Virus record (IMG/VR): IMGVR_UViG_3300027747_002638
Length of the DNA: 64,000 nucleotides
From: a virus
Strand: one strand, 5' to 3'
Shown here: piece after piece, positions 8,888-18,485 of the stretch
Position numbering within the stretch: the stretch's first letter is position 1
Layout of the letters: the number at the start of each line of letters is the position of its first letter
Translations under genes and position numbers: made by a program
Notes under the pieces: generated by a model
Seen by the model: the letters and a program-made list of their open reading frames with translations, nothing else
Databases searched by the model: none
Told to the model about the DNA's origin: nothing

Positions 8888-10807
8888 GTGAGAAGAAAAA
8901 AGGTTTTAATACAAACTGACTTTTCTTTGGCTAAGACTGGTTTTGGAAGAAATGCCAAAGCTATTTTAAAAGCTTTATATTCAAAAGATAAATATGATAT
9001 TGTACATTATTGCTGTGGACTAAACTGGAGTAATCCAGAAACTTTAAAAGTTCCTTGGAAATGCTTTGGATCTCTTCCTGACGATCAAAAACAATTAGAA
9101 CAATTAAATAAAGATCCTCTTGCTGCAAGAAACGCTAGTTATGGGGCGCTTCTTTTAGATAGAGTTATCGAACAAGAAAAACCAGATGTTTATATTGCTA
9201 TCCAAGATATTTGGGGAGTAGATTTTGCAATAGAAAAACCTTGGTTTGAGAAGATATCTTCTGTAATTTGGACGACTTTAGATTCTTTGCCAATTTTAGA
9301 ATCAGCAATTAAGTATGCTCCAAAAATTAAAAACTATTGGATATGGAGTAACTTCGCTACAAAGGCTTTACATAAATTGGGTTATAAACATGTAAAAACT
9401 TTGCATGGAGCATTAGAGGATTCATTCTTTTATAAATTATCAGATTTTGATAGAAGCCAATTAAGAAAAAGACATGGTATACCTCAAGATGCTTTTATTA
9501 TTGGCTTTGTATTTAGAAATCAATTAAGAAAAAGCGTTCCTAACCTTTTAGAAGGATATGCTCTTTGGAAAAAGCAAAATCCAAATATAAAAAATACATT
9601 CCTACTTTTGCATACTCATTGGGCAGAAGGGTGGAACATATATAAATTAGCAGATGAATATGGCGTACCAAAAAATGAAATTTTGACCACATACATTTGC
9701 AAAAATTGTCATAATTATGAAATCAAGCCTTTTCAAGGACATGATATAGACTGTAGATTGTGTGGAGCACAAAAGAGTCAAATTACAACTGGAGTTGGTC
9801 TTGGAATTAATGAAGTTCAACTTAATGAAGTATATAATTTAATGGATGTTTATTGTCATCCATTTACTAGCGGTGGACAAGAAATACCCATTCAAGAAGC
9901 TAAACTTACAGAATTAATCACTTTAGTTACTAATTACTCATGTGGAGAAGAAATGTGTGAGCCAGAAGCTTATTCATTACCTTTGGAATGGGCAGAGTAC
10001 AGAGAGCATGGCACAGAATTTAAAAAGGCTTCAACATTACCGACTTCTATCGCTCAACAATTAAACGCAGTTCATAAGATGCCAAAAGATAAAAAGATTT
10101 TAATGGGTAAAAACGCTAGAGAATGGACTATTAAAAACTTTGGCGTTACTTATGTAAGCAGTATTTTGGAAAAATTTATTGATGATCAACCGTACATAGA
10201 TCAAGATACTTTAACTATTACTCATCAAGAAAAAGATCCAAACTACATAGTTCCAGATATTAAAAACGATGCAGAATGGATAAAATTTTTATACGCAAAT
10301 ATCTTAAAACGTCCAGAAGTAGATGAAAGAGACGAAGGATTTAAATATTGGATGCAAGAAATTTCAAAAGGAATGAAAAGACCAGATATTGAAAACTACT
10401 TCAGAAACGTAGCTCTTCAAGAAAACTCAAAGACTAAGAAGTTTAATTTCGAAGATTTATTAGATCAAAAAGATAATAATAGCAAAATATTATTTGTAAT
10501 GCCTGAATCAGAAGTAGATTTATTTTTATCAACTTCCTTATTTAAATCTATAAAAGATACTTACCCAAATCATTCTCTATACGTTGCAACAAAATCAGAG
10601 TATCATGAAATTCTTGATGGCAATCCATACATTAAAAAAGTAATACAATATATTCCGCAAATGGATGACATCTTATGGCTAGAAGGAGTCTCAGATCATA
10701 ATGGTTATTTTGATATAGCTTTCTTACCATATGTAAATTCTCAAAGAATTGTGAATTTCTTGCACAATGGTAAAACTAAAATTAACTATTACTTAAAGGA
10801 CAAATAA
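8888..10807 (+). CDS. Multidomain glycosyltransferase: GT4-like + Zn ribbon + DUF4214-like + N-terminal half of a GT9-like enzyme
   Basis: KTGFG, FRNQLRK, GGQEIPIQEA (GT4); CKNC..CRLC; FLYANILKR..EGFKYW; KILFVMPESEVD..YPNHSLYVAT..GNPYIKKVI (GT9 N-domain). Confidence 0.85.
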   Translation: MRRKKVLIQTDFSLAKTGFGRNAKAILKALYSKDKYDIVHYCCGLNWSNPETLKVPWKCFGSLPDDQKQLEQLNKDPLAARNASYGALLLDRVIEQEKPDVYIAIQDIWGVDFAIEKPWFEKISSVIWTTLDSLPILESAIKYAPKIKNYWIWSNFATKALHKLGYKHVKTLHGALEDSFFYKLSDFDRSQLRKRHGIPQDAFIIGFVFRNQLRKSVPNLLEGYALWKKQNPNIKNTFLLLHTHWAEGWNIYKLADEYGVPKNEILTTYICKNCHNYEIKPFQGHDIDCRLCGAQKSQITTGVGLGINEVQLNEVYNLMDVYCHPFTSGGQEIPIQEAKLTELITLVTNYSCGEEMCEPEAYSLPLEWAEYREHGTEFKKASTLPTSIAQQLNAVHKMPKDKKILMGKNAREWTIKNFGVTYVSSILEKFIDDQPYIDQDTLTITHQEKDPNYIVPDIKNDAEWIKFLYANILKRPEVDERDEGFKYWMQEISKGMKRPDIENYFRNVALQENSKTKKFNFEDLLDQKDNNSKILFVMPESEVDLFLSTSLFKSIKDTYPNHSLYVATKSEYHEILDGNPYIKKVIQYIPQMDDILWLEGVSDHNGYFDIAFLPYVNSQRIVNFLHNGKTKINYYLKDK

Positions 10808-10809
10808 AA

Positions 10810-11976
10810 ATGCATTTATTAGAATCTTACGCTTTAAATTGTGGTCTTAAAATAAATCAACCATTTATATATGAAAAAATAGTACCACTTCCATTTAATG
10901 ATTATATCGTATTAAACTCTGGAGGAAGTTCTGATCCTAAAAATTATACCTACTGGCAAGAAGTTATACTTCTTATTAAGCCATATTTAGATAATAAAAA
11001 TATTAAAATAATACAATTACTAGAAAAGAACGAAGCTCAATCACTGGATACTCATGGATTAAACGATTTGTCTTTTAATCAAAAAGCTTTTGTTATAAAA
11101 AATTCATTACTATATGCTGGCAATGAATCAATGAGTATGCATTTGGCATCGCATTATGATAAAGATATTGTAGTTTTATATTCAAATACAAACCCAAAAA
11201 ATACTGGACCATTCTTTAATATTAAAAGTAGTCCAGAGATAATAGAAAGTCCTAAAAATAAACCTTCTTATTCAAATGTAGAAATACCTAAAACAATAAA
11301 TAGAATTAAACCAGAGGATATTGCTAAAGCTATACTCAAAAAATTAAATATAAAGAACAATATAAATATAAATACTTTATACATTGGTGAGGCTTTTCAA
11401 ACCTCTATACTTGAAATGGTTCCTGATACGTTAATTGATTTAAAAGCGTTTAATACTCAATTTATTAATGTTCGAATGGATTATCTTTTTAACGAACAAA
11501 TATTAATGAATCAATTACAATTATGTAAATGCGCAATTCTAACAGATAAACCTATAAACCTTGCTATTTATAAGAATTTCAAACAAAACATAGTTCAAAC
11601 ATATTTTATATTATCAAAAGATACAGATTTCGATTATTTAAAAGAATTAAATAAATTAAATGTTAATTTTAATATGATATCATTTTTGGATAAAGAAGAA
11701 ACTAACAAACTTAAGATAAATACTCTTGAATATGGAATAATATCCGAGGTTCCCTTGAAAAGCAAAATTGATATTTATAATAAATTTAAAGATTTACCAA
11801 ATTTAAAAATAAGATCAAATAAACTACTTTTAAGCAATAATAAAGTATATCCAACTTTTTGTCATTACAAAAATAATATGAGCTATATTTCTAGTAATCT
11901 AGAGTCCATGGATTTCATATATGATCCTCTTATGGCCTACGATATAGATTATTTTTCAATATTTCAAACTACTTGA
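10810..11976 (+). CDS. C-terminal half of a GT9/heptosyltransferase-like enzyme plus an unknown domain
   Basis: HLLESY linker, KNYTYWQEV, YAGNESMSMHLAS..IVVLYSNTNPKNTGP. Confidence 0.78.
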   Translation: MHLLESYALNCGLKINQPFIYEKIVPLPFNDYIVLNSGGSSDPKNYTYWQEVILLIKPYLDNKNIKIIQLLEKNEAQSLDTHGLNDLSFNQKAFVIKNSLLYAGNESMSMHLASHYDKDIVVLYSNTNPKNTGPFFNIKSSPEIIESPKNKPSYSNVEIPKTINRIKPEDIAKAILKKLNIKNNININTLYIGEAFQTSILEMVPDTLIDLKAFNTQFINVRMDYLFNEQILMNQLQLCKCAILTDKPINLAIYKNFKQNIVQTYFILSKDTDFDYLKELNKLNVNFNMISFLDKEETNKLKINTLEYGIISEVPLKSKIDIYNKFKDLPNLKIRSNKLLLSNNKVYPTFCHYKNNMSYISSNLESMDFIYDPLMAYDIDYFSIFQTT

Positions 11977-12001
11977 CAAAGACTAAAAGATATAGTATCA
12001 T
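11973..12001 (+). promoter_or_regulatory. sigma70-type promoter, leaderless transcript
   Basis: TTGACA-17 nt-TATCAT; ATG at 12008 lies 6 nt downstream. Confidence 0.7.
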
Positions 12002-12007
12002 TATTAG

Positions 12008-12820
12008 ATGAGTCCAAAAATTAAAAAAGAAGAAGATACAATTTCAATTGGTAGTTCTGAATTATTTGAGTCAGTTATTGTTCAAGAACAAAAGCAGCAA
12101 GTTGCAGGAGTAGTTCCACCTAATCTAATAACAAGAAATCAATATGGTCTTGTTGAAGACAAAAGTCTTAATTATATCTTTAATGAAGATGGAAGTATTA
12201 ATTGGCGTAAAATGGTAAAAACTGAACATCTTGTACCAAATAGACAAAAAACTCAAGAAACAGATGTTTCTAAACTCCAAGATAAAGATCTACTTATTCT
12301 TCTTGGTGGTATTAAAGAATTAGCTCAAATTCGTGGATATACAAGCGTAGAATATAAAGTCGTCGCAGCTTCAGAAAATTATTTTGCAACTAGCTGTAGA
12401 ATTACTTGGCTACCAAATTATGAAACTGGTGGTAAAGAAATAGTTTTTGAATCACTAGCGGATGCAAGCATAAATAATACAAAAAGTTTTGCTAGATTCT
12501 TTTTAGCTGCAATTGCAGAAAATAGAGCCTTTGTAAGGTGTGTGCGTAATTTTCTTAAAATAAATATTGTAAGTCAAGAAGAATTAGGAGATGCGAAATT
12601 ACTAGACGATGCAGTAACTACTCAAGATAATCCTACCTCTCCACACGTTCTATTAGAAAAAGTAATTAAAGAAAAAAATATATCTTTTGATGTCTTAAAA
12701 AAGAAATTAATTAAAGAAAAATTTGAAAATGCCGAAAATTTAAATTCAATCTCAGATATACCTAAAGTAAAAATATTTGAATTAATTGAAAGAATTAAAA
12801 ATATTAAAATTAACAGTTAA
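12008..12820 (+). CDS. Putative single-strand annealing protein, Rad52/Sak-like
   Basis: ADAS..N...AIAENRAFVRCVRNFLKINIVSQEEL resembles the AETRA..RALR..EE motif; an exonuclease partner lies upstream. Confidence 0.6.
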   Translation: MSPKIKKEEDTISIGSSELFESVIVQEQKQQVAGVVPPNLITRNQYGLVEDKSLNYIFNEDGSINWRKMVKTEHLVPNRQKTQETDVSKLQDKDLLILLGGIKELAQIRGYTSVEYKVVAASENYFATSCRITWLPNYETGGKEIVFESLADASINNTKSFARFFLAAIAENRAFVRCVRNFLKINIVSQEELGDAKLLDDAVTTQDNPTSPHVLLEKVIKEKNISFDVLKKKLIKEKFENAENLNSISDIPKVKIFELIERIKNIKINS

Positions 12821-13070
12821 TGCAAGTTCCACCGCATAATGGATTTCCATCTGGCGCAGCATACAGGACTCCACTCATAAATCGATAACAATTATAATTC
12901 AAAGTATAGGCTACTTCTCTGAACTGAATATAAGTTCCAGTTTTTAGATTAACATCTATACTTCCAAGGTAATCTGCAACATCGATTAATGGTAAACTTG
13001 AACCAAGTCTGTTTCCAGCTAGGTCATAAATTACAGCATGATTACTTACAAATAATGGAAGATTTGCCAT
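12810..13070 (-). CDS. Small hypothetical late protein
   Basis: 86-aa ORF preceded by the GTGTAA element 8 nt upstream. Confidence 0.7.
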   Translation of the reverse strand: MANLPLFVSNHAVIYDLAGNRLGSSLPLIDVADYLGSIDVNLKTGTYIQFREVAYTLNYNCYRFMSGVLYAAPDGNPLCGGTCINC

Positions 13071-13078
13071 ACTAATAA

Positions 13079-13084
13079 TTACAC
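13079..13084 (-). promoter_or_regulatory. GTGTAA putative late promoter element
   Basis: TTACAC on the + strand, 8 nt from ATG 13070. Confidence 0.75.
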
Positions 13085-13090
13085 ATATTT

Positions 13091-13858
13091 TTAATTAAAA
13101 TCTTCTATTTCTATTCTTCGATCTTCAAATCCTTTTAATTTTAAAGCATAAGCTAGTTTGTTATCTATAATAGAACTTTTATATAAACTTTCTCCATTTT
13201 TATTCAATAGTTCTTTTTCAATACGTTTTTCATCTGTATTATAAATATAAGATTTATATATAGGTAATTTATTTGTGCGTGATCTGGGTTTTTTATCTAA
13301 TCCAGTTACTATTAATTTATTTTGTTTGAATATTGAGTTTACTCTAGTAATACTTTCAAAGTCAAATAAATCACTACTTATAGAATCTAATAAATTTTTA
13401 TTTAAAAGATCTTCTATTAAAATAGTTTTACCAATTTGATGCTCCAATGAATAAATTTTATTATTTACTACGCAACCACTAAATACATTAGTTTTTAAAA
13501 TTATAAAATTTTTTATTTTATTAAAATCTAAATCTGGAACTTCATATTGCACCAAGTGGTATTTTAAGGTTGGTTCAAGTACACCTTTAATATAAGTTAA
13601 AAAGAATTTACCATCCAATTCATATAAGCTAGGATTACATTCTATAATTGCTTCATTTTTATTTATTTTAATTTTATTAAATGGCGTATTTATTTTTAAA
13701 ATCTCTCCAGAGTCTAAATCTTTAAGGAAGATTTTCCAGGGTCTAGAGTATGTAATCGTATCTTCTTGTTCAGACTGACAATGTAATAATTTTATTTTAT
13801 TATCTTTTTTGAATAAAAAAGGTTGATGAGTATAAGTTATTTTATTTGTATCATTCAC
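13091..13858 (-). CDS. Hypothetical protein (possible beta-propeller)
   Basis: 255-aa ORF with phage-like composition; HQPFL and ECNPS motifs. Confidence 0.7.
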   Translation of the reverse strand: MNDTNKITYTHQPFLFKKDNKIKLLHCQSEQEDTITYSRPWKIFLKDLDSGEILKINTPFNKIKINKNEAIIECNPSLYELDGKFFLTYIKGVLEPTLKYHLVQYEVPDLDFNKIKNFIILKTNVFSGCVVNNKIYSLEHQIGKTILIEDLLNKNLLDSISSDLFDFESITRVNSIFKQNKLIVTGLDKKPRSRTNKLPIYKSYIYNTDEKRIEKELLNKNGESLYKSSIIDNKLAYALKLKGFEDRRIEIEDFN

Positions 13859-13881
13859 TTAACGATACTATATCTATTAAT

Positions 13882-14220
13882 TTATAAAATAACACCACCC
13901 CATCCGCCAGGATAGCCTGCATATGGTGGACAATCACATTTTGAAGTGCATCCGCAACAATCTTCTGGTTTAGCGCATTCTGCATCTGGATTATAACAAT
14001 CATCGCAACTGTCTGTACAACCACCCTGCGTGCATACATCGCATGCTGGCCCATTTAAAGTTGCATCTGCATCATAGTTACAAGCGTTAGAATCTGTACA
14101 TCCACAAGTGGCGCATTCATCACAAGCATCACAGCAACAAAATGTTTGTTTAATGCCAGAATTACATTGACAATCCGTAGAACAAGCGCACTCGTCTGTT
14201 TCGTTTGGTACATTGGGCAT
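13882..14220 (-). CDS. Cysteine-rich small protein (23 Cys in 112 aa)
   Basis: CxC, CxxC and CCC clusters, GCTDSNACNYD motif; GTGTAA element 9 nt upstream. Confidence 0.75.
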   Translation of the reverse strand: MPNVPNETDECACSTDCQCNSGIKQTFCCCDACDECATCGCTDSNACNYDADATLNGPACDVCTQGGCTDSCDDCYNPDAECAKPEDCCGCTSKCDCPPYAGYPGGWGGVIL

Positions 14221-14229
14221 ATATCAATA

Positions 14230-14235
14230 TTACAC
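14230..14235 (-). promoter_or_regulatory. GTGTAA putative late promoter element
   Basis: 9 nt from ATG 14220. Confidence 0.75.
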
Positions 14236-14241
14236 TAAAAT

Positions 14242-14529
14242 TTAATCTTTAAATGGTATTAATTTTCTTCTTATAAATACTAAGTTAATAAAAAATCCAG
14301 AAAAAGCACTTAATATATTAGAAACATAATCTAAAGTATACTCTTGAAATGGGTTTAAAAATAAAGTTAAAAATAAACAAATCCAAAAACTACTACATTC
14401 ATGACAAAGCAATGGCTTTCTGATATAAGGTATTCTAGCTACAAAATTTCTAAAAGGTCTGGAAGCTTCTGTATCAGACCAAGCGTAACTTACTCCAAGA
14501 CAAACAAACAAGTATAGTAAAAATATCAT
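14242..14529 (-). CDS. Small membrane protein with CxxC (DUF1360-like)
   Basis: Three hydrophobic segments; LLCHECSSFW motif. Confidence 0.65.
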   Translation of the reverse strand: MIFLLYLFVCLGVSYAWSDTEASRPFRNFVARIPYIRKPLLCHECSSFWICLFLTLFLNPFQEYTLDYVSNILSAFSGFFINLVFIRRKLIPFKD

Positions 14530-14940
14530 TTACAAAAAGTAAACATGAATAGAGTCTTCTTTTTCTATAGCCGAAAAACTCCTAAAAACTTTTCCAGATG
14601 TTACTCTCCATAAATTAGCCCAATCTTCTTCACTTTTACCAATTTTTATAATTTTACCGCTTAATATTTTTTCTGAATGCAAGGAGCTTGCTAAAGTTAT
14701 GTCTTTAATTAAATCTGGTCTATGATCTACATATTTATCAAAAATTGATTCATTTCCTGCAACTATTTTTTCGTTAAAAAATTTAGTAACCCTTCCTCTA
14801 CATGAGCAATTTGGATTCTCTCTAAAAGTCGTTAGGTCCGCTAAAATTTCTGGAAAATCGCGTTTAAGCTCTTCAAATGCGTCTTTATTTTGAAGAATTA
14901 TATTAATTATATTAGCTAGGTTATTTTTATCAATTTTCAT
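14530..14940 (-). CDS. Hypothetical protein with NPNCSC motif
   Basis: 136-aa ORF abutting the next gene. Confidence 0.7.
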   Translation of the reverse strand: MKIDKNNLANIINIILQNKDAFEELKRDFPEILADLTTFRENPNCSCRGRVTKFFNEKIVAGNESIFDKYVDHRPDLIKDITLASSLHSEKILSGKIIKIGKSEEDWANLWRVTSGKVFRSFSAIEKEDSIHVYFL

Positions 14941-14947
14941 ATATTAT

Positions 14948-14975
14948 ATTATATATGAATATCAATATATTTCTA
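14948..14975 (-). promoter_or_regulatory. Possible sigma70-type promoter, leaderless
   Basis: TAGAAA-16 nt-TATAAT, 7 nt before ATG 14940; very AT-rich context lowers certainty. Confidence 0.4.
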
Positions 14976-14982
14976 TTATTTT

Positions 14983-15783
14983 TTAAGAATTTATATATCC
15001 TTGAAAATTCAAATCAAACTTGCCATATTCATTAACTGAGAAATTATAATTTTTATTAGAGTAAATCATTTTATTTAAATTAAAACTTTTAACAATTGCA
15101 GAATTATTAATATTTTTAAAATTAACCTGTAAGTCTTTGGTCTGCAAATTAGAAAAGAAACTATAAGGAGAAGAAATAGATTCATCGCTTATTTCAAAAT
15201 TAAATCTACAAGAAACCTCTATAGGATATTCGCTAGTTACCGCAGAAGGTACATAATTACCAATTGTATATATTGGTAACTTTTTACAAGAATAAGAGAT
15301 TCCACAATTGCTTACTCTGTTTAAATTTGTTTCAGCCAAGTTAAAATCAATATAACAATAATTAATAGGCGAAATTTCATAATTAATAGCAGAATTATTA
15401 GTATTTATACCAGTCAGATAGCTTAATTCTCCCAATACTCTGCCTTGAACAGACACTTCTACTGGTCTATCAAGTTGAGCGTCTATAGAATAACTATCTA
15501 TAAAACCACTAGAAAAATACAAATATTTGTCACCATATTCAATTTTTCCTGTAAAAAAAGAATTACCAGTATAATCAATAAATGGCTCTGAAGTTCCAGG
15601 TATATAATTTAAATTAAAATTAGCAATAATTGGTTGATTTATTATATAATTCATACCAGTATTAGATATAGCAAATGAAGGAGTTATATTCGTATCATAA
15701 TTTAAGCTTAAACTTTGTATACCAGATATAAAAGTATTATTTAGGTAAAATTTTTGATTTTGAATCTGAGAAACATTAAACAT
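14983..15783 (-). CDS. Tail-tube paralog (baseplate-proximal tube protein)
   Basis: Aligns by eye with 32961..34076, e.g. GFIDSYSIDA vs GFMTSYSTEA, and LPIYTIG..EYPIEV vs TPIERLG..DFPLTV. Confidence 0.7.
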   Translation of the reverse strand: MFNVSQIQNQKFYLNNTFISGIQSLSLNYDTNITPSFAISNTGMNYIINQPIIANFNLNYIPGTSEPFIDYTGNSFFTGKIEYGDKYLYFSSGFIDSYSIDAQLDRPVEVSVQGRVLGELSYLTGINTNNSAINYEISPINYCYIDFNLAETNLNRVSNCGISYSCKKLPIYTIGNYVPSAVTSEYPIEVSCRFNFEISDESISSPYSFFSNLQTKDLQVNFKNINNSAIVKSFNLNKMIYSNKNYNFSVNEYGKFDLNFQGYINS

Positions 15784-15792
15784 TAAATATAA

Positions 15793-15813
15793 TTACACCC
15801 TTTTTAAGTGTAA
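15793..15813. promoter_or_regulatory. Back-to-back GTGTAA elements (divergent late promoters)
   Basis: TTACAC(15793-15798)-9 nt-GTGTAA(15808-15813) between divergent genes starting at 15783 (-) and 15835 (+). Confidence 0.8.
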
Positions 15814-15834
15814 ATTTATAGAGGTTAAAGGTAT

Positions 15835-16371
15835 ATGGCAAGCGTTTACGACACAGTATATGGTTGGGCTGTAGGTACTACTTATAGTAAGTACAATATT
15901 GTATCTGGATCTAATAGCAAATATTATTATTCTTTAATAGATAATAATCTTGGAAACAATCCAACTACAATTGCTTATTTACAATCTGGATGGGATGGTT
16001 ATAAATTATTTAATTCTAGTTATATACCAAACTTTTTCTGGCAACCATCTTATCAATCAAGTGCAAAAATTGAACCAAGAGTTAAAAAAATTCAATTTGG
16101 AAACGGATACCAACAAAGAATACCAGACGGTATAAATTTTGAACTTAAAAATTTAACTTTAACTTTTGAAAATAGATCAGAAACAGAAACAGTTTCAATT
16201 TTACATTTCTTAGAACAAAGAGGCGGACAACAATCTTTCGCTTATAATGTTCCAACTATTTATGCAAAACCTTCTGGAGTTAGTAAATTTATTGCACCCA
16301 ACTGGGAAACTAATTATAATTTTTACAACAATTATAGTATTAAAACAGTATTTGAAGAAGTCCCAAATTAA
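15835..16371 (+). CDS. Minor tail / distal tail protein, lambda gpM-like
   Basis: EPRVKKIQFGNGYQQRIPDGIN, FLEQRGG..F, FEEV. Confidence 0.88.
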   Translation: MASVYDTVYGWAVGTTYSKYNIVSGSNSKYYYSLIDNNLGNNPTTIAYLQSGWDGYKLFNSSYIPNFFWQPSYQSSAKIEPRVKKIQFGNGYQQRIPDGINFELKNLTLTFENRSETETVSILHFLEQRGGQQSFAYNVPTIYAKPSGVSKFIAPNWETNYNFYNNYSIKTVFEEVPN

Positions 16372-16377
16372 AATAAT

Positions 16378-17760
16378 ATGCCAACCTCTTTAGAAGTTTA
16401 CAATCAAATAGTAAGTGGATATAAATCCATAAATACAGAAACAAATAAATTAGAACCATCTGTACCAGTAGTTTTTTATGAAATAGATTTAACTCAAATT
16501 TATCCACAGATTAGAAATACCACTACGTTAACAAATCAACCATTACAAAACGGTATTTTAAGAATATATAATGATTACAATTTATACAATTTATCAAGCC
16601 AACCGTATGGTACAATAACTTGGAAAAATAATCAGTATTTTCCAATGCCTGTACATGCAGACGGATTTGAAATGAATAGTGCTGGAACTCTTCCAACTCC
16701 AAGAATTTTTATTGCAAATAGTAGTCCAGATACTTCAACAAATTCTTTTTATAAATATATAAGATTACAAATTCAATCTTTAGGAGATATTGTTGGCGCA
16801 AAATTTACAAGAATTAAAACTTTTTTAAAATATTTAAATGGTGTTAATTTTTCTGGAGGATTTAATCCATATACAGATGATCCATCTATATCTGAAATTG
16901 AGTTACCAAAAGACATTTACTATATTGATCGAAAATCTCAAGAAGATAATTTAATTTTAGAATATTCTTTAGGTTCTATTCTAGATGTTGAAGGAGTATT
17001 TTTACCTTCAAGAACAATTTTTTCTAATAAATGTCCATTTGAGTATAGAGGCGAAGGATGTTTGTATGAATATGATAGTAGAAGATCTATAGTCCATAGC
17101 GGAGTTTATGGAGGAATTGTCAACTCGAGTGGAGTTAATATAAGATTACTACAAACTGCACCACCAGTTGCAACAGAAAATGATCAGCTTTTCTTGGGAT
17201 CATCTGGTTCAGTTTTTGTTACTGGAGTTAATACTTATGCTGTAAATAGAATTACTGGCGGAGCTGGTGATTTAGGAGCATGGAATACTGGACAAAGTTA
17301 TACAAGTGGAGATTTTATATATTTACAAAATACAAGTAAATTAAATTATTATTTTGTATGTATTAATAATCATACGTCTTCTTTAGAAAATTCTCCACCA
17401 AATACAACATTTTGGTTAGCAGATTCTTGTTCTAAAAGTATTTCTTCATGCAGACTAAGATGGTTAAAAAATCCAGCTTTTAGACCTGTTATTTGGCCAA
17501 CGGATAGAGGTGGTTGGGATTTAAATTATTATAAATTAGCTGATAGAATGCTTAGAACAGCAATAGAAGCAACTAGTCAGTTAAGTCCACCAGCTTTTGT
17601 TGATACAGGTATAAATTCTCCATTTCCAAGAAGACCAGCATGTTGGAATCCAAACTCTGATATTTCGCATGGAATACCAAAAGATTATTTAGGAAATTAT
17701 TTAAATGGATTTCTTCCATTTGGAGGTTTTCCAGGAACAGATCAACCAAACAATCAATAA
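16378..17760 (+). CDS. Minor tail protein, lambda gpL-like
   Basis: GFEMNSAGTLPTP, YYIDRK, and Fe-S cysteines CPFEYRGEGC...DSCSKSISSCRLR. Confidence 0.9.
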   Translation: MPTSLEVYNQIVSGYKSINTETNKLEPSVPVVFYEIDLTQIYPQIRNTTTLTNQPLQNGILRIYNDYNLYNLSSQPYGTITWKNNQYFPMPVHADGFEMNSAGTLPTPRIFIANSSPDTSTNSFYKYIRLQIQSLGDIVGAKFTRIKTFLKYLNGVNFSGGFNPYTDDPSISEIELPKDIYYIDRKSQEDNLILEYSLGSILDVEGVFLPSRTIFSNKCPFEYRGEGCLYEYDSRRSIVHSGVYGGIVNSSGVNIRLLQTAPPVATENDQLFLGSSGSVFVTGVNTYAVNRITGGAGDLGAWNTGQSYTSGDFIYLQNTSKLNYYFVCINNHTSSLENSPPNTTFWLADSCSKSISSCRLRWLKNPAFRPVIWPTDRGGWDLNYYKLADRMLRTAIEATSQLSPPAFVDTGINSPFPRRPACWNPNSDISHGIPKDYLGNYLNGFLPFGGFPGTDQPNNQ

Positions 17761-18485
17761 TGAATACTAAAATTAAAAATAAAATAAGAAATCATGCGAT
17801 AGAAGAATCTCCGCAGGAATGTTGTGGTTTTGTTATTGAACATAATGGGATTATAGACGTTTTGAAATGTAAAAATATATCTAAAGACCCAATTAATAAT
17901 TTTAAAATATCTGCTCTAGAATTTTTAAAAATAAAAAATTCATACAATCCACTTTATATTTATCACAGTCATTTAGATGAAGAAAACTTCTCGATGATGG
18001 ATAAAAATTGCGCAGAAGAATCATCTATAGATTTAATACTTTATATATTAAAAAGCGATACTTTCAAGTATTACAGTTCTAATAATTCAGAAAGTTTAAA
18101 ATATATTGGAAGAAATATTAATTTTCAACAAACAAATTGTTTTGATTTAGTAAAATTATACTATAAAAATGAATTTAATGTAGATTTAAAATTTCCAGAA
18201 AATTTTATAAATGACCATATGCTAAAAGTAAATCAAGAAAATCTTGATCTAGTATTAGAATATGCAAAAATAAATAATCTAGAATTAGATTATACTGATG
18301 AATTCATAAACCACGATATATTACTATTTAATAGTGATGGTTATTTTCATTTAGCTATTTATTTAGGAAATGACAAGATTTTAGAACAACCTAGAAATGG
18401 GTTTTCAAAAATAACAAATTACTGTAATTACTATAAGAGAAATAAAATAGCTAGACTAAGGAGATCAAAAAATGGTAACAGTTAA
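17760..18485 (+). CDS. Tail assembly protein, lambda gpK-like (JAB/MPN + NlpC/P60)
   Basis: PQECCG, YHSH..FS..D; NCFDLV...HLAIYLG. Confidence 0.9.
   Translation: MNTKIKNKIRNHAIEESPQECCGFVIEHNGIIDVLKCKNISKDPINNFKISALEFLKIKNSYNPLYIYHSHLDEENFSMMDKNCAEESSIDLILYILKSDTFKYYSSNNSESLKYIGRNINFQQTNCFDLVKLYYKNEFNVDLKFPENFINDHMLKVNQENLDLVLEYAKINNLELDYTDEFINHDILLFNSDGYFHLAIYLGNDKILEQPRNGFSKITNYCNYYKRNKIARLRRSKNGNS

Noticed and set aside
13851-14054. 67-aa alternative-frame ORF overlapping the Cys-rich gene
   Set aside because: The Cys-rich frame has the late motif 9 nt before its ATG; this ORF has no initiation signal.
15793-15813. Palindromic repressor or NtcA-type operator
   Set aside because: Every other copy of the motif is a single oriented half-site; the palindrome is explained by two divergent promoters.
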